Shown here in pieces: positions 30,001 through 38,813 of a stretch of 64,000 nt of DNA. The stretch spans positions 36,072 through 100,071 of the forward strand of contig NZ_JBCNJW010000012.1 of NCBI RefSeq assembly GCF_039596355.1, in the 5' to 3' direction. The notes below the pieces were generated by a model. The model saw nothing but the letters and a program-made list of their open reading frames with translations. It had not been told where the DNA came from and did not search any database. This DNA comes from Fluviicola sp. Lineage in GTDB: Bacteria; Bacteroidota; Bacteroidia; Flavobacteriales_D; Crocinitomicaceae. Within the stretch, counting starts at the first letter, position 1; each line of letters begins with the position of its first letter. Position numbers and translations under genes: made by a program.

Positions 30001-30455
30001 TATTGATTTTGTTCATCCTCTTCGCTTCTAACTCCATAGAAGTAAAGGGAATGGTGTTGAATTTTAACGCCGAAAATTTCTTCGATCGTTGCTTTGATAC
30101 TTTGAATGCGGGGATCACAGAATTCGATCACTTCACCTGTATCCGTGAGGATAACGTGGTCGTGCTGTTTTGATCCATGAGATTTTTCAAACTGAGCCAG
30201 GTTTTTCCCGAACTGATGCTTACGAACCAGGTTGCAGGCCAACAGCAATTCAATCGTATTGTATAATGTTGCTCTGGAAACACGGTAGTTTTGGTTCTTC
30301 ATTTTGATATACAGGGATTCGATATCAAAGTGTCCTTTGTAGTTATATATTTCAGAGAGTATGGCAAAGCGCTCAGGAGTTTTTCGGTGCCCGTTTTGCT
30401 CCAGATATGCTGAAAATATATTTCTGACCGTTAACTGCAGATCTTGTTGTTGCAT
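30000..30455 (-). CDS. fur: Fur-family transcriptional regulator
   Basis: [26 protein letters not shown]. The TTG at 30476 lies inside a TAnnTTTG promoter (30474-30481), so ATG 30455 is used. Confidence 0.9.
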   Translation of the reverse strand: MQQQDLQLTVRNIFSAYLEQNGHRKTPERFAILSEIYNYKGHFDIESLYIKMKNQNYRVSRATLYNTIELLLACNLVRKHQFGKNLAQFEKSHGSKQHDHVILTDTGEVIEFCDPRIQSIKATIEEIFGVKIQHHSLYFYGVRSEEDEQNQ

Positions 30456-30473
30456 CTGACCATGTTGAAAGGG

Positions 30474-30481
30474 CAAAAGTA
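30474..30481 (-). promoter_or_regulatory. -7 promoter element of fur (TActTTTG)
   Basis: Exact consensus 18 nt upstream of ATG 30455. Confidence 0.6.
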
Positions 30482-30610
30482 GTTATTTTTTTCTGTTTTA
30501 GCATCATGAAGATTCCACATTGTGAGAAGTTTTCAACGTAATAACGGGTTTTCTGCACATTTCTTCCGGGTAAGTACCTGGATGATTCTTCCCCGGAGCA
30601 TCGGTGATCG

Positions 30611-30679
30611 TTTCATTTCCGAATGAAATCTAAATTTTGCAAATTCGTATGATTACGAATCGTGTAAATTGTTTTACAC
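30611..30679. repeat. Three consecutive perfect 7-4-7 inverted repeats
   Basis: TTTCATT-tccg-AATGAAA (30611-30628), ATTCGTA-tgat-TACGAAT (30643-30660), GTGTAAA-ttgt-TTTACAC (30662-30679). Confidence 0.8.
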
Positions 30680-30820
30680 AAATGATAACTATTGTTTCTT
30701 CACTGAAAACTAAAATTCAGGAGTAAAACAGCGGTGAAAAGAAAGAAAAAACTCCCGGCAAAAGGCCATTCAGCAAAAATATCATTTTGCAATTTTACGA
30801 ATTCGCGCAAATCTCACACT

Positions 30821-30876
30821 CTAATCCTCTTTCGTATCGTAACGCTCTACACGTTTCACTCCTTCTACCTGTTCGA
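30821..30876 (-). repeat. Orphan copy of the last 56 bp of relA/spoT (direct repeat, copy A)
   Basis: 55/56 identical to 31925-31980; the single difference is T30848 versus C31952. Confidence 0.97.
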
Positions 30877-31833
30877 CCCCAACCGGAAATAGAGCATGAA
30901 CTGGATATACAAGGGATCGTATTTCGCCAAACCCTGGTCTCCGGATTTCACAATCGTGAACTTATTAGCTGCCGGACGACCATCGAAATTATAATGTGCA
31001 GCATCAAAATCGAAAGAATAGTTGGAATAAGTGTCTGCATCCCTGAAGTTGACCTTCGTCTGGGCCTGGTAACTCACCAGTGCTTTTAAGCCTATAAACT
31101 CGTATTCCCACCGGAAACCGATTCCCAAACCGACATTCAGCGAAGATGCCATTTCCCAATCAGAAACCACCATTTTACTGCAACCGCACGTATCCTGGTA
31201 ATGAACATCCATGTAAGCCCTGTAAACGGTCATCCCCAAATCTGCACGTACAAATCCGTTGAAATGCGCTCCCATTTTCAGGAAATTGTATTCAGCATAG
31301 AGTGACGGTGTATAGGTTCGGGCTTTTAAACCCCACGCAGCAGTTAACGGAGTCGTTTTTGTCTGCTGACTTCCTGGCCCCAGGTAATCTTCCGGCTGAT
31401 AAGTTCTGGAAAAAGCAAAATCCCCTAATTTCTGATAGGCAAATGAAACTCCAAGCCCCCATTTCTGGCTGACTCCCAAGCTTCCTGAAAAATCAAAAAC
31501 ATGAGCAACATGATCATTGAACCAGGACAAATCACGAAACCGCATGGTGTTCACCTGGTTTTGGTTCATTCCTACAATGGCATTGACTCCGTAACCGAAA
31601 CGCAACACACCGTGTTTTTCAGGAGTAAGATTCCCCATGTGATTCGGGTCGAATCTCTCGGAATCCGGAGTTGCATCCTTGTTTTTTTCATCGGAATGAG
31701 AGCTACTGCTACTACTCCTGCCACTCCTTCCTGAGCTGCTTTTCCCACCAGAGCAACTTTGGGCATAGGCTTGGCTAAATCCCAAACAAAACAAGGAAAT
31801 CAATGCAGGGATAACAATTCGCTTCATAAGCAT
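30865..31833 (-). CDS. Putative outer-membrane beta-barrel protein (islet cargo)
   Basis: Signal peptide, Ser/Gly-rich linker, alternating amphipathic strands (WGLGVSFAYQ, LNVGLGIGFRWEY), C-terminal YIQFMLYFRL; its stop codon lies within repeat copy A. Confidence 0.7.
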   Translation of the reverse strand: MLMKRIVIPALISLFCLGFSQAYAQSCSGGKSSSGRSGRSSSSSSHSDEKNKDATPDSERFDPNHMGNLTPEKHGVLRFGYGVNAIVGMNQNQVNTMRFRDLSWFNDHVAHVFDFSGSLGVSQKWGLGVSFAYQKLGDFAFSRTYQPEDYLGPGSQQTKTTPLTAAWGLKARTYTPSLYAEYNFLKMGAHFNGFVRADLGMTVYRAYMDVHYQDTCGCSKMVVSDWEMASSLNVGLGIGFRWEYEFIGLKALVSYQAQTKVNFRDADTYSNYSFDFDAAHYNFDGRPAANKFTIVKSGDQGLAKYDPLYIQFMLYFRLGSNR

Positions 31834-31924
31834 TAGGTTTGAGCTAAATGTAGCAACCCTTTCGAAGTCAAAGTGTTAAACAGACGTTAAAATTCCTTAA
31901 ATCCCGAATACCTGGACAATACAC

Positions 31925-34150
31925 CTAATCCTCTTTCGTATCGTAACGCTCCACACGTTTCACTCCTTCTACCTGTTCGAATTTGCGCATCAGGATATCG
32001 AGGTGCTCCGTATCAAAAACCAATACATGAATCCGTCCTTCAAACAACCCATCATTGGCTTCGAAAGAAATCGATTTCATATTGACATTCAACTCGTTTG
32101 AAATGACTTCTGTGATTTTGTTCACGATTCCCACATCATCGATCCCGATCAGGCGGATTGCAGCAACACGCGCAACCAAATCCTGGCTCCTCCATCGTGC
32201 TTTGATGCAGCGGTAGGCCATCTTAGACTGCAAATGCTCTGCATTCGGGCAGTTGATACGGTGAATCTTGATTCCTTCCGAAATAGTGATAAATCCGAAA
32301 ACAGGATCTCCCGGAATCGGGTTACAGCAACGTGCCATCTGGTATTGGATATTTTTGAAATCCTCCCCGATGATGATGGTGTCTTCTTTTTTATTGATTT
32401 TCGGATAAACATCAAGTTCGTGCTTATCCTTATTCGGAGTCACTTTTTTCTCCAGCTGCAGAAGTCCGTTTACATTATCCAGCTCACGCAGTTTGGATAA
32501 ATCCAGTTTTCCTTTTGCAATGCGGATATACAAATCTGTAGCGGATGAAAATCCGTAAAAACGTTCCAGGGTCGTGATATTCTCTGATTTGAACTGGATG
32601 TGAAGCTGTTTGAATTTGCGCTCCAGGATTTCTTTTCCATCCGCAGCAATTTCTTTCCGCTCTTCGTTTAGTGCCGATTTGATCTTCTGACGCGCTCTCG
32701 CTGTTCCTGCCAGGCGTAACCAGTCTTCCGTCGGTTTTTGTTTCGACGAAGTAATGATCTCTAACTGATCTCCATTCTGAAGCTGGTAACTGAGCGGAAC
32801 CAGGCGGTTATTCACCTTTGCACCGATACATTTGTTCCCGATATCGCTGTGAATGTCGTAGGCAAAGTCCAGGATTGTGGCTCCCACCGGAAGCACACGC
32901 AAATCTCCTTTCGGGGTAAACACATAAATCTCATCATGGAACAGGTTCATTTTAAACTCTTCCACGAAGTCCATTGCGTTCACATCCGGATTTTCCAGCA
33001 AGTCGCGGATTTCTGAAATCCAGCGGTCAAACTTACTGTCGTCCTTCTGATTTTCTTTGTACCTGTAATGTGCCGCCAACCCTTTCTCGGCAATCTCGTC
33101 CATCCGCTTCGTACGGATTTGCACTTCAACCCATTTCCCTTGCGGCGACATCACCGTCGTGTGCAGGGATTCGTAGCCATTTGCACGTGGAGTTGAAATC
33201 CAGTCTCTCAAACGATCCGGACTCGGCTGGTAGAAATCAGTCACAATAGAATACACTCTCCAGCAATCAGCCTTTTCCATTTCGATCGGTGTATCAAGAA
33301 TGATACGAACAGCAAACAAATCAAATACTTCCTCAAAAGGCAGGTCTTTGCTATTCATTTTTCGCCAGATCGAAGAAATGGATTTCGTCCGGGCTTTGAT
33401 CTCGAAATGGTACCCTTCCCGGTTTAGCCCTTCGCGAATCGGGTTGATGAACCGGCGGATAAAGCGGTTACGCACATCTTCCGTCGACTTCAGTTTCAAC
33501 TGGATGTTCCGGTAAATATCCGGCTCAGTGTATTTCATCGCCAGGTCTTCCAGTTCCGTTTTGATGGAATAAAGTCCCAAACGGTGTGCCAGCGGAGCAT
33601 AGAGGAATTTTGTTTCGGAAGCAATTTTGAGCTGTTGTTCCGGACTCATACTGTCCAGCGTACGCATATTATGCAAACGGTCGGCCAGTTTGATGAGCAC
33701 TACACGCAAATCATCTGAGATCGTCAGAATCATCTTACGGAAGTTTTCTGCCTGAACCGATGTATTCTGGTCAAATACATCCGGAATTTTGGTCAAACCA
33801 TCGATGATTCTTCTGGCTTTTTCACCGAAAAGATCTTCAACGTCCTGGAGTGTGATATGCGTATCTTCAACGGTATCATGCAGCAAGGCACAGGCAATGG
33901 ATGTTGCTCCCAATCCCATTTCTTCGGCACATATACGCGCCACGGCAATCGGGTGATAAATATACGGTTCTCCCGACTTTCTGCGCATGTCTTTATGCGC
34001 CTCTACCGCCACATCAAATGCTTTTCTGATGTAGGCCGTATCCTGGCGGGTTCTGTTCTTTGTTGCTCTTAAAAGCCCTTTAAAAGCAGCTAAAATTTCC
34101 AAACGTTCCTTTTCCAGATCTATCTGAGCTTCCATATTTGCAGATTCCAT
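31925..34150 (-). CDS. relA: Bifunctional (p)ppGpp synthetase/hydrolase, RelA/SpoT family
   Basis: HD domain (ALLHDTVED), DLFAVR, NGYESLHTT, EVQIRT, TGS (VFTPKGD) and C-terminal ACT domain; -7 element at 34159-34166. Confidence 0.96.
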   Translation of the reverse strand: MESANMEAQIDLEKERLEILAAFKGLLRATKNRTRQDTAYIRKAFDVAVEAHKDMRRKSGEPYIYHPIAVARICAEEMGLGATSIACALLHDTVEDTHITLQDVEDLFGEKARRIIDGLTKIPDVFDQNTSVQAENFRKMILTISDDLRVVLIKLADRLHNMRTLDSMSPEQQLKIASETKFLYAPLAHRLGLYSIKTELEDLAMKYTEPDIYRNIQLKLKSTEDVRNRFIRRFINPIREGLNREGYHFEIKARTKSISSIWRKMNSKDLPFEEVFDLFAVRIILDTPIEMEKADCWRVYSIVTDFYQPSPDRLRDWISTPRANGYESLHTTVMSPQGKWVEVQIRTKRMDEIAEKGLAAHYRYKENQKDDSKFDRWISEIRDLLENPDVNAMDFVEEFKMNLFHDEIYVFTPKGDLRVLPVGATILDFAYDIHSDIGNKCIGAKVNNRLVPLSYQLQNGDQLEIITSSKQKPTEDWLRLAGTARARQKIKSALNEERKEIAADGKEILERKFKQLHIQFKSENITTLERFYGFSSATDLYIRIAKGKLDLSKLRELDNVNGLLQLEKKVTPNKDKHELDVYPKINKKEDTIIIGEDFKNIQYQMARCCNPIPGDPVFGFITISEGIKIHRINCPNAEHLQSKMAYRCIKARWRSQDLVARVAAIRLIGIDDVGIVNKITEVISNELNVNMKSISFEANDGLFEGRIHVLVFDTEHLDILMRKFEQVEGVKRVERYDTKED

Positions 34151-34267
34151 TGAATTTACAAAAATAATGGGAAAAACGCTGCATAATCAGCCAATATTAA
34201 GAAGTGTTAACAGACTGCCGTTAATTCCGGGAAAAGCTGAAAACGAACCGCTCCGGAGGAAGGAAAT

Positions 34268-35002
34268 TTAATGTATTTCGTACTTGAGGCGGATGGTGAT
34301 ATTGGCTGTTTTCTTTTTAGAACTCGTATTGAAATTTCCACCCCACGAGAATTGCTCAGAAGAATTTTCACCGGTAATCTGGAACACTCCCATATCTGCC
34401 GTTTTGAGTTTTCCCAAGCTTCCACCTGCGTTCAGCGCAATTTTCTCCGCCCGGTTTTTCGCATCCGTTGTAGCCGATTCGATCATTTTAAGTTTCAACT
34501 GAGCCAGTTTCGTGTAATAGTATTCCGGAGGATAAGAAGTTAGCTCCACACCTGCATCGATCAACTCAGTCACTTCCCGTGAAATATTCTCTACTCCGTC
34601 TACATTTTTCGATTGGATTTTCAGGTTCTGCGTCAGTTGGTAGCCGTTAAAAACCGTATTTCGAAGCTGTCCGTTCTGATCGTAATCGTACACAAAGTCT
34701 TTTTGAATATCTACGGCTTCAAAGATCAGTTCGTCAGCCTTGATTCCTTTTGAGATCAAATATTTTCGAATCGTCTGCTGGTCTTTATTCAACTCGCTGT
34801 AGGCCGTTTTGAGGTCGTAGTTCTTTTTGGAAAAACCGGCTCTCCATACGATCAGGTCGCTGGTAAAGTTTTCCTCCCCGGAACCAGTCACACTGATTGC
34901 ATCTGCCACTTTCGACCGGTTCTTATACCCGTTCGCTAACAAAAATCCTGTAATAATCACTGCTACAGCAATGATAATCGTATTTACGCTTTGCTTCATC
35001 AT
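34268..35002 (-). CDS. SIMPL domain-containing protein (DUF541)
   Basis: N-terminal TM, ISVTGSGEE, ATTDAKNRAEKIA..AGGSLGKL...GVFQI. Confidence 0.85.
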   Translation of the reverse strand: MMKQSVNTIIIAVAVIITGFLLANGYKNRSKVADAISVTGSGEENFTSDLIVWRAGFSKKNYDLKTAYSELNKDQQTIRKYLISKGIKADELIFEAVDIQKDFVYDYDQNGQLRNTVFNGYQLTQNLKIQSKNVDGVENISREVTELIDAGVELTSYPPEYYYTKLAQLKLKMIESATTDAKNRAEKIALNAGGSLGKLKTADMGVFQITGENSSEQFSWGGNFNTSSKKKTANITIRLKYEIH

Positions 35003-35015
35003 ACCGAAAGAAACT

Positions 35016-35045
35016 AAAAAAGCCGCAGTTATCCAAACTACGGCT
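35016..35045 (-). terminator. Intrinsic terminator
   Basis: AGCCGCAGTT/AACTACGGCT stem (one mismatch) with a minus-strand U-tract. Confidence 0.55.
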
Positions 35046-35066
35046 CCTTTTATTCATCTTAGCTAT

Positions 35067-35501
35067 CTAATCTGCCAGTTTGATATAGGCGGTGTATTCT
35101 TCTTTCTCTCCCGTAGAATTGTTGTAATCCGTTGTTTGAATGGTCATCTTATCCTTTTTGGGTTTATCCAGGATTTTGAACACCGACGCTTCACCGTTAA
35201 ACATCATGGTAATCTGGTCTTTCGTATTCGTCCAGGTTCCCGAACTGGTCTCAGGCGAACCGTTTAAAACCAGCGTCATGACCACCGATCCTTTTTTGTC
35301 AAAAACAATATTGCCTGCATTCGGAATATTCGCAGACGACTGCAGCGTGTTGTTGACATAATACTTGTAATCAATCGACGTAACATCCCATTTTCCGTCT
35401 TTTCGTACCAACCAGTGCTCAATGCGCTTTTCTTTCGAGCAGGCGCTTAGCACAACCGTTAAAACAGACAGAAGAAACAGAACTTTTGCAATTTTTCTCA
35501 T
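35067..35501 (-). CDS. Lipocalin-like lipoprotein
   Basis: Lipobox LSAC, GKWDVTS motif; -7 element at 35526-35533 supports start 35501. Confidence 0.75.
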   Translation of the reverse strand: MRKIAKVLFLLSVLTVVLSACSKEKRIEHWLVRKDGKWDVTSIDYKYYVNNTLQSSANIPNAGNIVFDKKGSVVMTLVLNGSPETSSGTWTNTKDQITMMFNGEASVFKILDKPKKDKMTIQTTDYNNSTGEKEEYTAYIKLAD

Positions 35502-35548
35502 TGAATAAGGGTATGAAGTGAAATGCAAAATTACAGTCTTGTACAAAC

Positions 35549-35579
35549 AAAAAAATCCACCTTTCGGTGGATTTTTTTT
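35549..35579. terminator. Intrinsic terminator downstream of fahA
   Basis: A7-TCCACC-tttc-GGTGGA-T8. Confidence 0.85.
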
Positions 35580-35696
35580 CAACGTTTCCGTTGTATGACT
35601 TATCTCTGAATCAGGGACGTCCGTTTTTATCGCACACGCAATCACACTTCAACTTAGCCAATCTTCGATATCCAGGCGATTCTCGGGAAACAGAAT

Positions 35697-36980
35697 TTAA
35701 TTCGCTTTCGCCGGAAGGATTTTCCCGGAAACTTCTCCGAATCCGATTCGAACTCCGTCTTTGGAAGAGAATCCGCGCATGATCACAGTATCTCCGTCCT
35801 GGATAAATTTACGTTCTGTTCCGTCATTCATTTGCAGCGGTTTTGTTCCTTTCCACGCCAATTCCAGCATCGATCCGTATGAATCCGGTGTTGGTCCGGA
35901 AATGGTTCCTGAACCCATCAAATCGCCACGACGAATATTACATCCGTTCACCGTATGATGCGCCAGCTGCTGTGCCATATTCCAGTACATGTATTTGAAG
36001 TTGGACGTACAGATTTTGGTTTCTTCCCCGTTTTCAGGCGCAATAAACACTTCCAGCTGGATGTCGTAGGACAACTGCCCTTCGTATTTCAGGTAAGAAA
36101 GTACTTCCGGATCTTGTACCGGACCGTCTGTTTTAAATGGCTGCAATGCATCCAGGGTCACGATCCACGGAGAAATAGACGATGCGAAGTTTTTCGCCAG
36201 GAAAGGTCCGAGCGGAACGTATTCCCAGGTTTGAATATCTCTTGCCGACCAATCGTTGAACAACACCATTCCAAAAATATAATCTTCTGCCTCTTCTGTC
36301 GAAATGGATTCTCCCAATGGCTTTCCGTCGAAGGTAATGAATGCTGTTTCCAATTCGAAATCCAGGTTTCTGCACGGAGCATAAATCGGCGGTTCATCCG
36401 GGTTCGGCTTGATTTGACCTTTCGGTCTGTGTACCGGTTCTCCCGAAATAATAATGGAACTGGCTCTTCCGTGGTAACCTACAGGCAGCCACAACCAGTT
36501 CGGAAGCAATGCATTTGCAGGATCTCGGAACATGGTTCCTACGTTCGTTGCGTGCTCTCTGCTCGAATAAAAATCGGTGTAATCGCCAATCTGAACCGGC
36601 ATGCACATGTGCACATTTTCTATCGGAATCAAGACCTGTGCAACGTGCTGCTCGTTCTGCTGCAAATCCGGCTGGTTTACATCAAACAATTTTGACAAAC
36701 GGTTTCTCAAATCCCGTACTGCTTTTTTCCCTTTTTTCATCATCGGATTCAGGGAGTCGGTATCGAAATCCGTTAACTCAAAAGGTAAATTCTCCAAATA
36801 TCCTAATACATGAAGTGTTTTCAGATCAATGACTTTGTTCCCGATCCGGGATGCAACATGCGGAGTCAGGTTTTCACTCTTGACTACTCCGAAAGGGATG
36901 TTCTGAATCGGGAAATCCGAATCCGAAGAAACTTCGATCCAGGATTTCAAAGCGGGATTATTTGCAGGGATTTGTGACAT
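35697..36980 (-). CDS. fahA: Fumarylacetoacetase
   Basis: FPIQNIPFG, DYTDFYSSREHATNVG, LDFELE, NDWSARDIQTWEYVPLGPF; -7 element at 37002-37009. Confidence 0.97.
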   Translation of the reverse strand: MSQIPANNPALKSWIEVSSDSDFPIQNIPFGVVKSENLTPHVASRIGNKVIDLKTLHVLGYLENLPFELTDFDTDSLNPMMKKGKKAVRDLRNRLSKLFDVNQPDLQQNEQHVAQVLIPIENVHMCMPVQIGDYTDFYSSREHATNVGTMFRDPANALLPNWLWLPVGYHGRASSIIISGEPVHRPKGQIKPNPDEPPIYAPCRNLDFELETAFITFDGKPLGESISTEEAEDYIFGMVLFNDWSARDIQTWEYVPLGPFLAKNFASSISPWIVTLDALQPFKTDGPVQDPEVLSYLKYEGQLSYDIQLEVFIAPENGEETKICTSNFKYMYWNMAQQLAHHTVNGCNIRRGDLMGSGTISGPTPDSYGSMLELAWKGTKPLQMNDGTERKFIQDGDTVIMRGFSSKDGVRIGFGEVSGKILPAKAN

Positions 36981-37074
36981 TGTCTTTCATTTTTATAACA
37001 ACAAAGATAATCCTTAATTGCAGGAAACCCGATAAAAATGAGGATAAAAGTCTCAACCCATCCCGTAAAAAGAC

Positions 37075-37737
37075 TCACTTTATGTTCATGCTTTTGAGAA
37101 TCTCTTCAACCCAAAGCGCATACATCCCTGCAGCTGGATGCAAACCGTCAGCAGCTACCAAACCGGTTTCATTCAATCCTCTTCTTGAAATTCCGGTGAT
37201 GTCAATGTAATGCAGACTCAGGGAATCGGAAATCCGTTGATTGGATGCATTAAACAAATCAATTCGTTGGGAAATGCGTTCTCGGTTCTTTTCTCCAAAA
37301 GGAGTATAACCGTAATCCGGAATGGAAAGAATGTATACCCGATCTGTTTTGTTTCCAGCCAGTTCTATAGCCTTTTGACATAAGATTCTGAAATCCCGTT
37401 CATATTCCTGCAAAGATCTCCCCTGAAACTCATTGTTTACGCCAATCAGCAACGTCACCAGATCGTACTCCTTTTCGAGATGAGCTGATTCGACTGCCTT
37501 TATGAGCTGGTCAGTGCGCCAACCGGTGCGGGCAATAATCGAGGGACTTTCGTATTTCCTGCCGTTACGACTGATCGAGTCAGCCAACTGATAGGGAAAA
37601 TTGTGGTTCACCGGCACACTTTCACCGATGGTATAGGAATCTCCCAATGCCAGATAAGAAACTCCTTTTCGGGATGTGGAACAAGCAGCCCCGATTAACA
37701 TCAGGAATAGTCCGAAAATCATATTAGTCCATTTCAT
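37075..37737 (-). CDS. SGNH/GDSL hydrolase lipoprotein
   Basis: LALGDSYT, IGVNN, DGLHP; lipobox GAAC. Confidence 0.9.
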   Translation of the reverse strand: MKWTNMIFGLFLMLIGAACSTSRKGVSYLALGDSYTIGESVPVNHNFPYQLADSISRNGRKYESPSIIARTGWRTDQLIKAVESAHLEKEYDLVTLLIGVNNEFQGRSLQEYERDFRILCQKAIELAGNKTDRVYILSIPDYGYTPFGEKNRERISQRIDLFNASNQRISDSLSLHYIDITGISRRGLNETGLVAADGLHPAAGMYALWVEEILKSMNIK

Positions 37738-37807
37738 GACTCAGATACGAGCGGGAACCTGCTTTGGATTAAAAGCGGGAAGAAAACGCCTGAAAAGGCA
37801 AAAAGCG

Positions 37808-37825
37808 ACTTCGACTCCGCTCAGT
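37808..37825 (-). repeat. REP-like palindrome, single layer (ACTGAGCGGAGTCGAAGT)
   Basis: Both arms recur at 52992-53057 and 61281-61322. Confidence 0.75.
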
Positions 37826-37858
37826 CTGCTTTTGCCTTTTCAATTTTCACTTTTGAAT

Positions 37859-38635
37859 TTATTTGACTTTCTCTTTCATAAACTTGTTGAAGTCAATCCA
37901 GCTTTTTTTATCTGCTGCCGCGTTATAGGCAATCGGCATGGAGAATTTCTTTCCCGTTTCTGTTGAGTGTGGATTGGTAAAAGCATGGGTTGCATCTGCA
38001 TAATTGATGAACGTGAAATCGGCTCCGGCATCCGCCATCTGTTTTTTAAATTCGACGATGTCTGTTTCCGGAACAAATGAATCTGCCGCACCGTTACACA
38101 CCAATACCGCTGCTTTCAGCTTAGTCTTGTCGACCGGAATTCCTGCCAAACCACCGTGAAAACTTACCACTGCATCTACCGGAGCTCCCATTTTGGCAGC
38201 GTTCAAAACTACCGAACCTCCAAAACAGTACCCGATTGCAATGACTTTGGAAGCATCCACTCCCGGTATTGTCATAGCTTTGTTATAACCGGCCATGAAA
38301 CGGTCGTAGGAAAATTGCGGATCAGTGTAAAAAGGTGTTGCCAATGCTTGCGCATCTTTCGGATTGGCAGCTATTTTGCCCGTTCCGTACATATCAATGC
38401 AAAAAGCAATGTTTCCTTCTTTGGCGATCTGAAGCGCACGTGTTTTAACATAATCGTTCAATCCCCACCATTCGTGAACGATCAGAACCGTCTTTGTTTT
38501 TTTACTCAGTTTTTCCGGCTTTGCATAAAATCCGGTGAATGATTGTCCGTTAATGGAATACTGTACGGAATCCAGTTTTTGTGAGAATACACTGTTTGCG
38601 CTGAAAAGCAATGCTAAAAGAATGAGTCGCTTCAT
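37859..38635 (-). CDS. Dienelactone hydrolase family protein (exported)
   Basis: HEWWGLN, GYCFGG, HAFTNP; -7 element at 38665-38672 supports start 38635. Confidence 0.92.
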   Translation of the reverse strand: MKRLILLALLFSANSVFSQKLDSVQYSINGQSFTGFYAKPEKLSKKTKTVLIVHEWWGLNDYVKTRALQIAKEGNIAFCIDMYGTGKIAANPKDAQALATPFYTDPQFSYDRFMAGYNKAMTIPGVDASKVIAIGYCFGGSVVLNAAKMGAPVDAVVSFHGGLAGIPVDKTKLKAAVLVCNGAADSFVPETDIVEFKKQMADAGADFTFINYADATHAFTNPHSTETGKKFSMPIAYNAAADKKSWIDFNKFMKEKVK

Positions 38636-38696
38636 ACCAGTTAAAATTTGATGTTTTACGTTATCAAAGATACAACTGATTTTAATTCCTAACACT

Positions 38697-38764
38697 GAAT
38701 TACGAATTACGAATTACGAATTACGAATTACGAATTACGAATTACGAATTACGAATTACGAATT
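38697..38764 (+). repeat. Perfect heptamer tandem repeat (GAATTAC)x9 plus partial copy
   Basis: Read directly; a degenerate inverted partner lies at 38784-38815. Confidence 0.97.
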
Positions 38765-38813
38765 CCTAAAACAAAATCTTTTTAACTCGTCATTCATAAA
38801 TCAGCATTTGTCA

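Larger units (their letters stand above)
30821..31980. mobile_element. Putative single-gene genomic islet (1,104-bp repeat spacing) at the relA 3' end
   Basis: Bounded by 56-bp direct repeats of a gene 3' end and interrupts the relA-fur adjacency; no recombinase gene inside. Confidence 0.6.

Noticed and set aside
30456-30476. ORF-track 5' extensions (fur TTG 30476, E1 14717, gmhA 55550, hydrolase 38695, lipocalin 35645, 9704, 41397)
   Set aside because: They run through predicted promoters or terminators, or precede clear signal peptides; shorter starts were chosen.
30710-30769. 19-codon minus-strand ORF (MAFCREFFLSFHRCFTPEF) after the orphan promoter
   Set aside because: Too short and low-complexity to support as a leader peptide without data.
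38697-38764. Heptamer array as a CRISPR
   Set aside because: Contiguous 7-mers with no spacers; this is a microsatellite.
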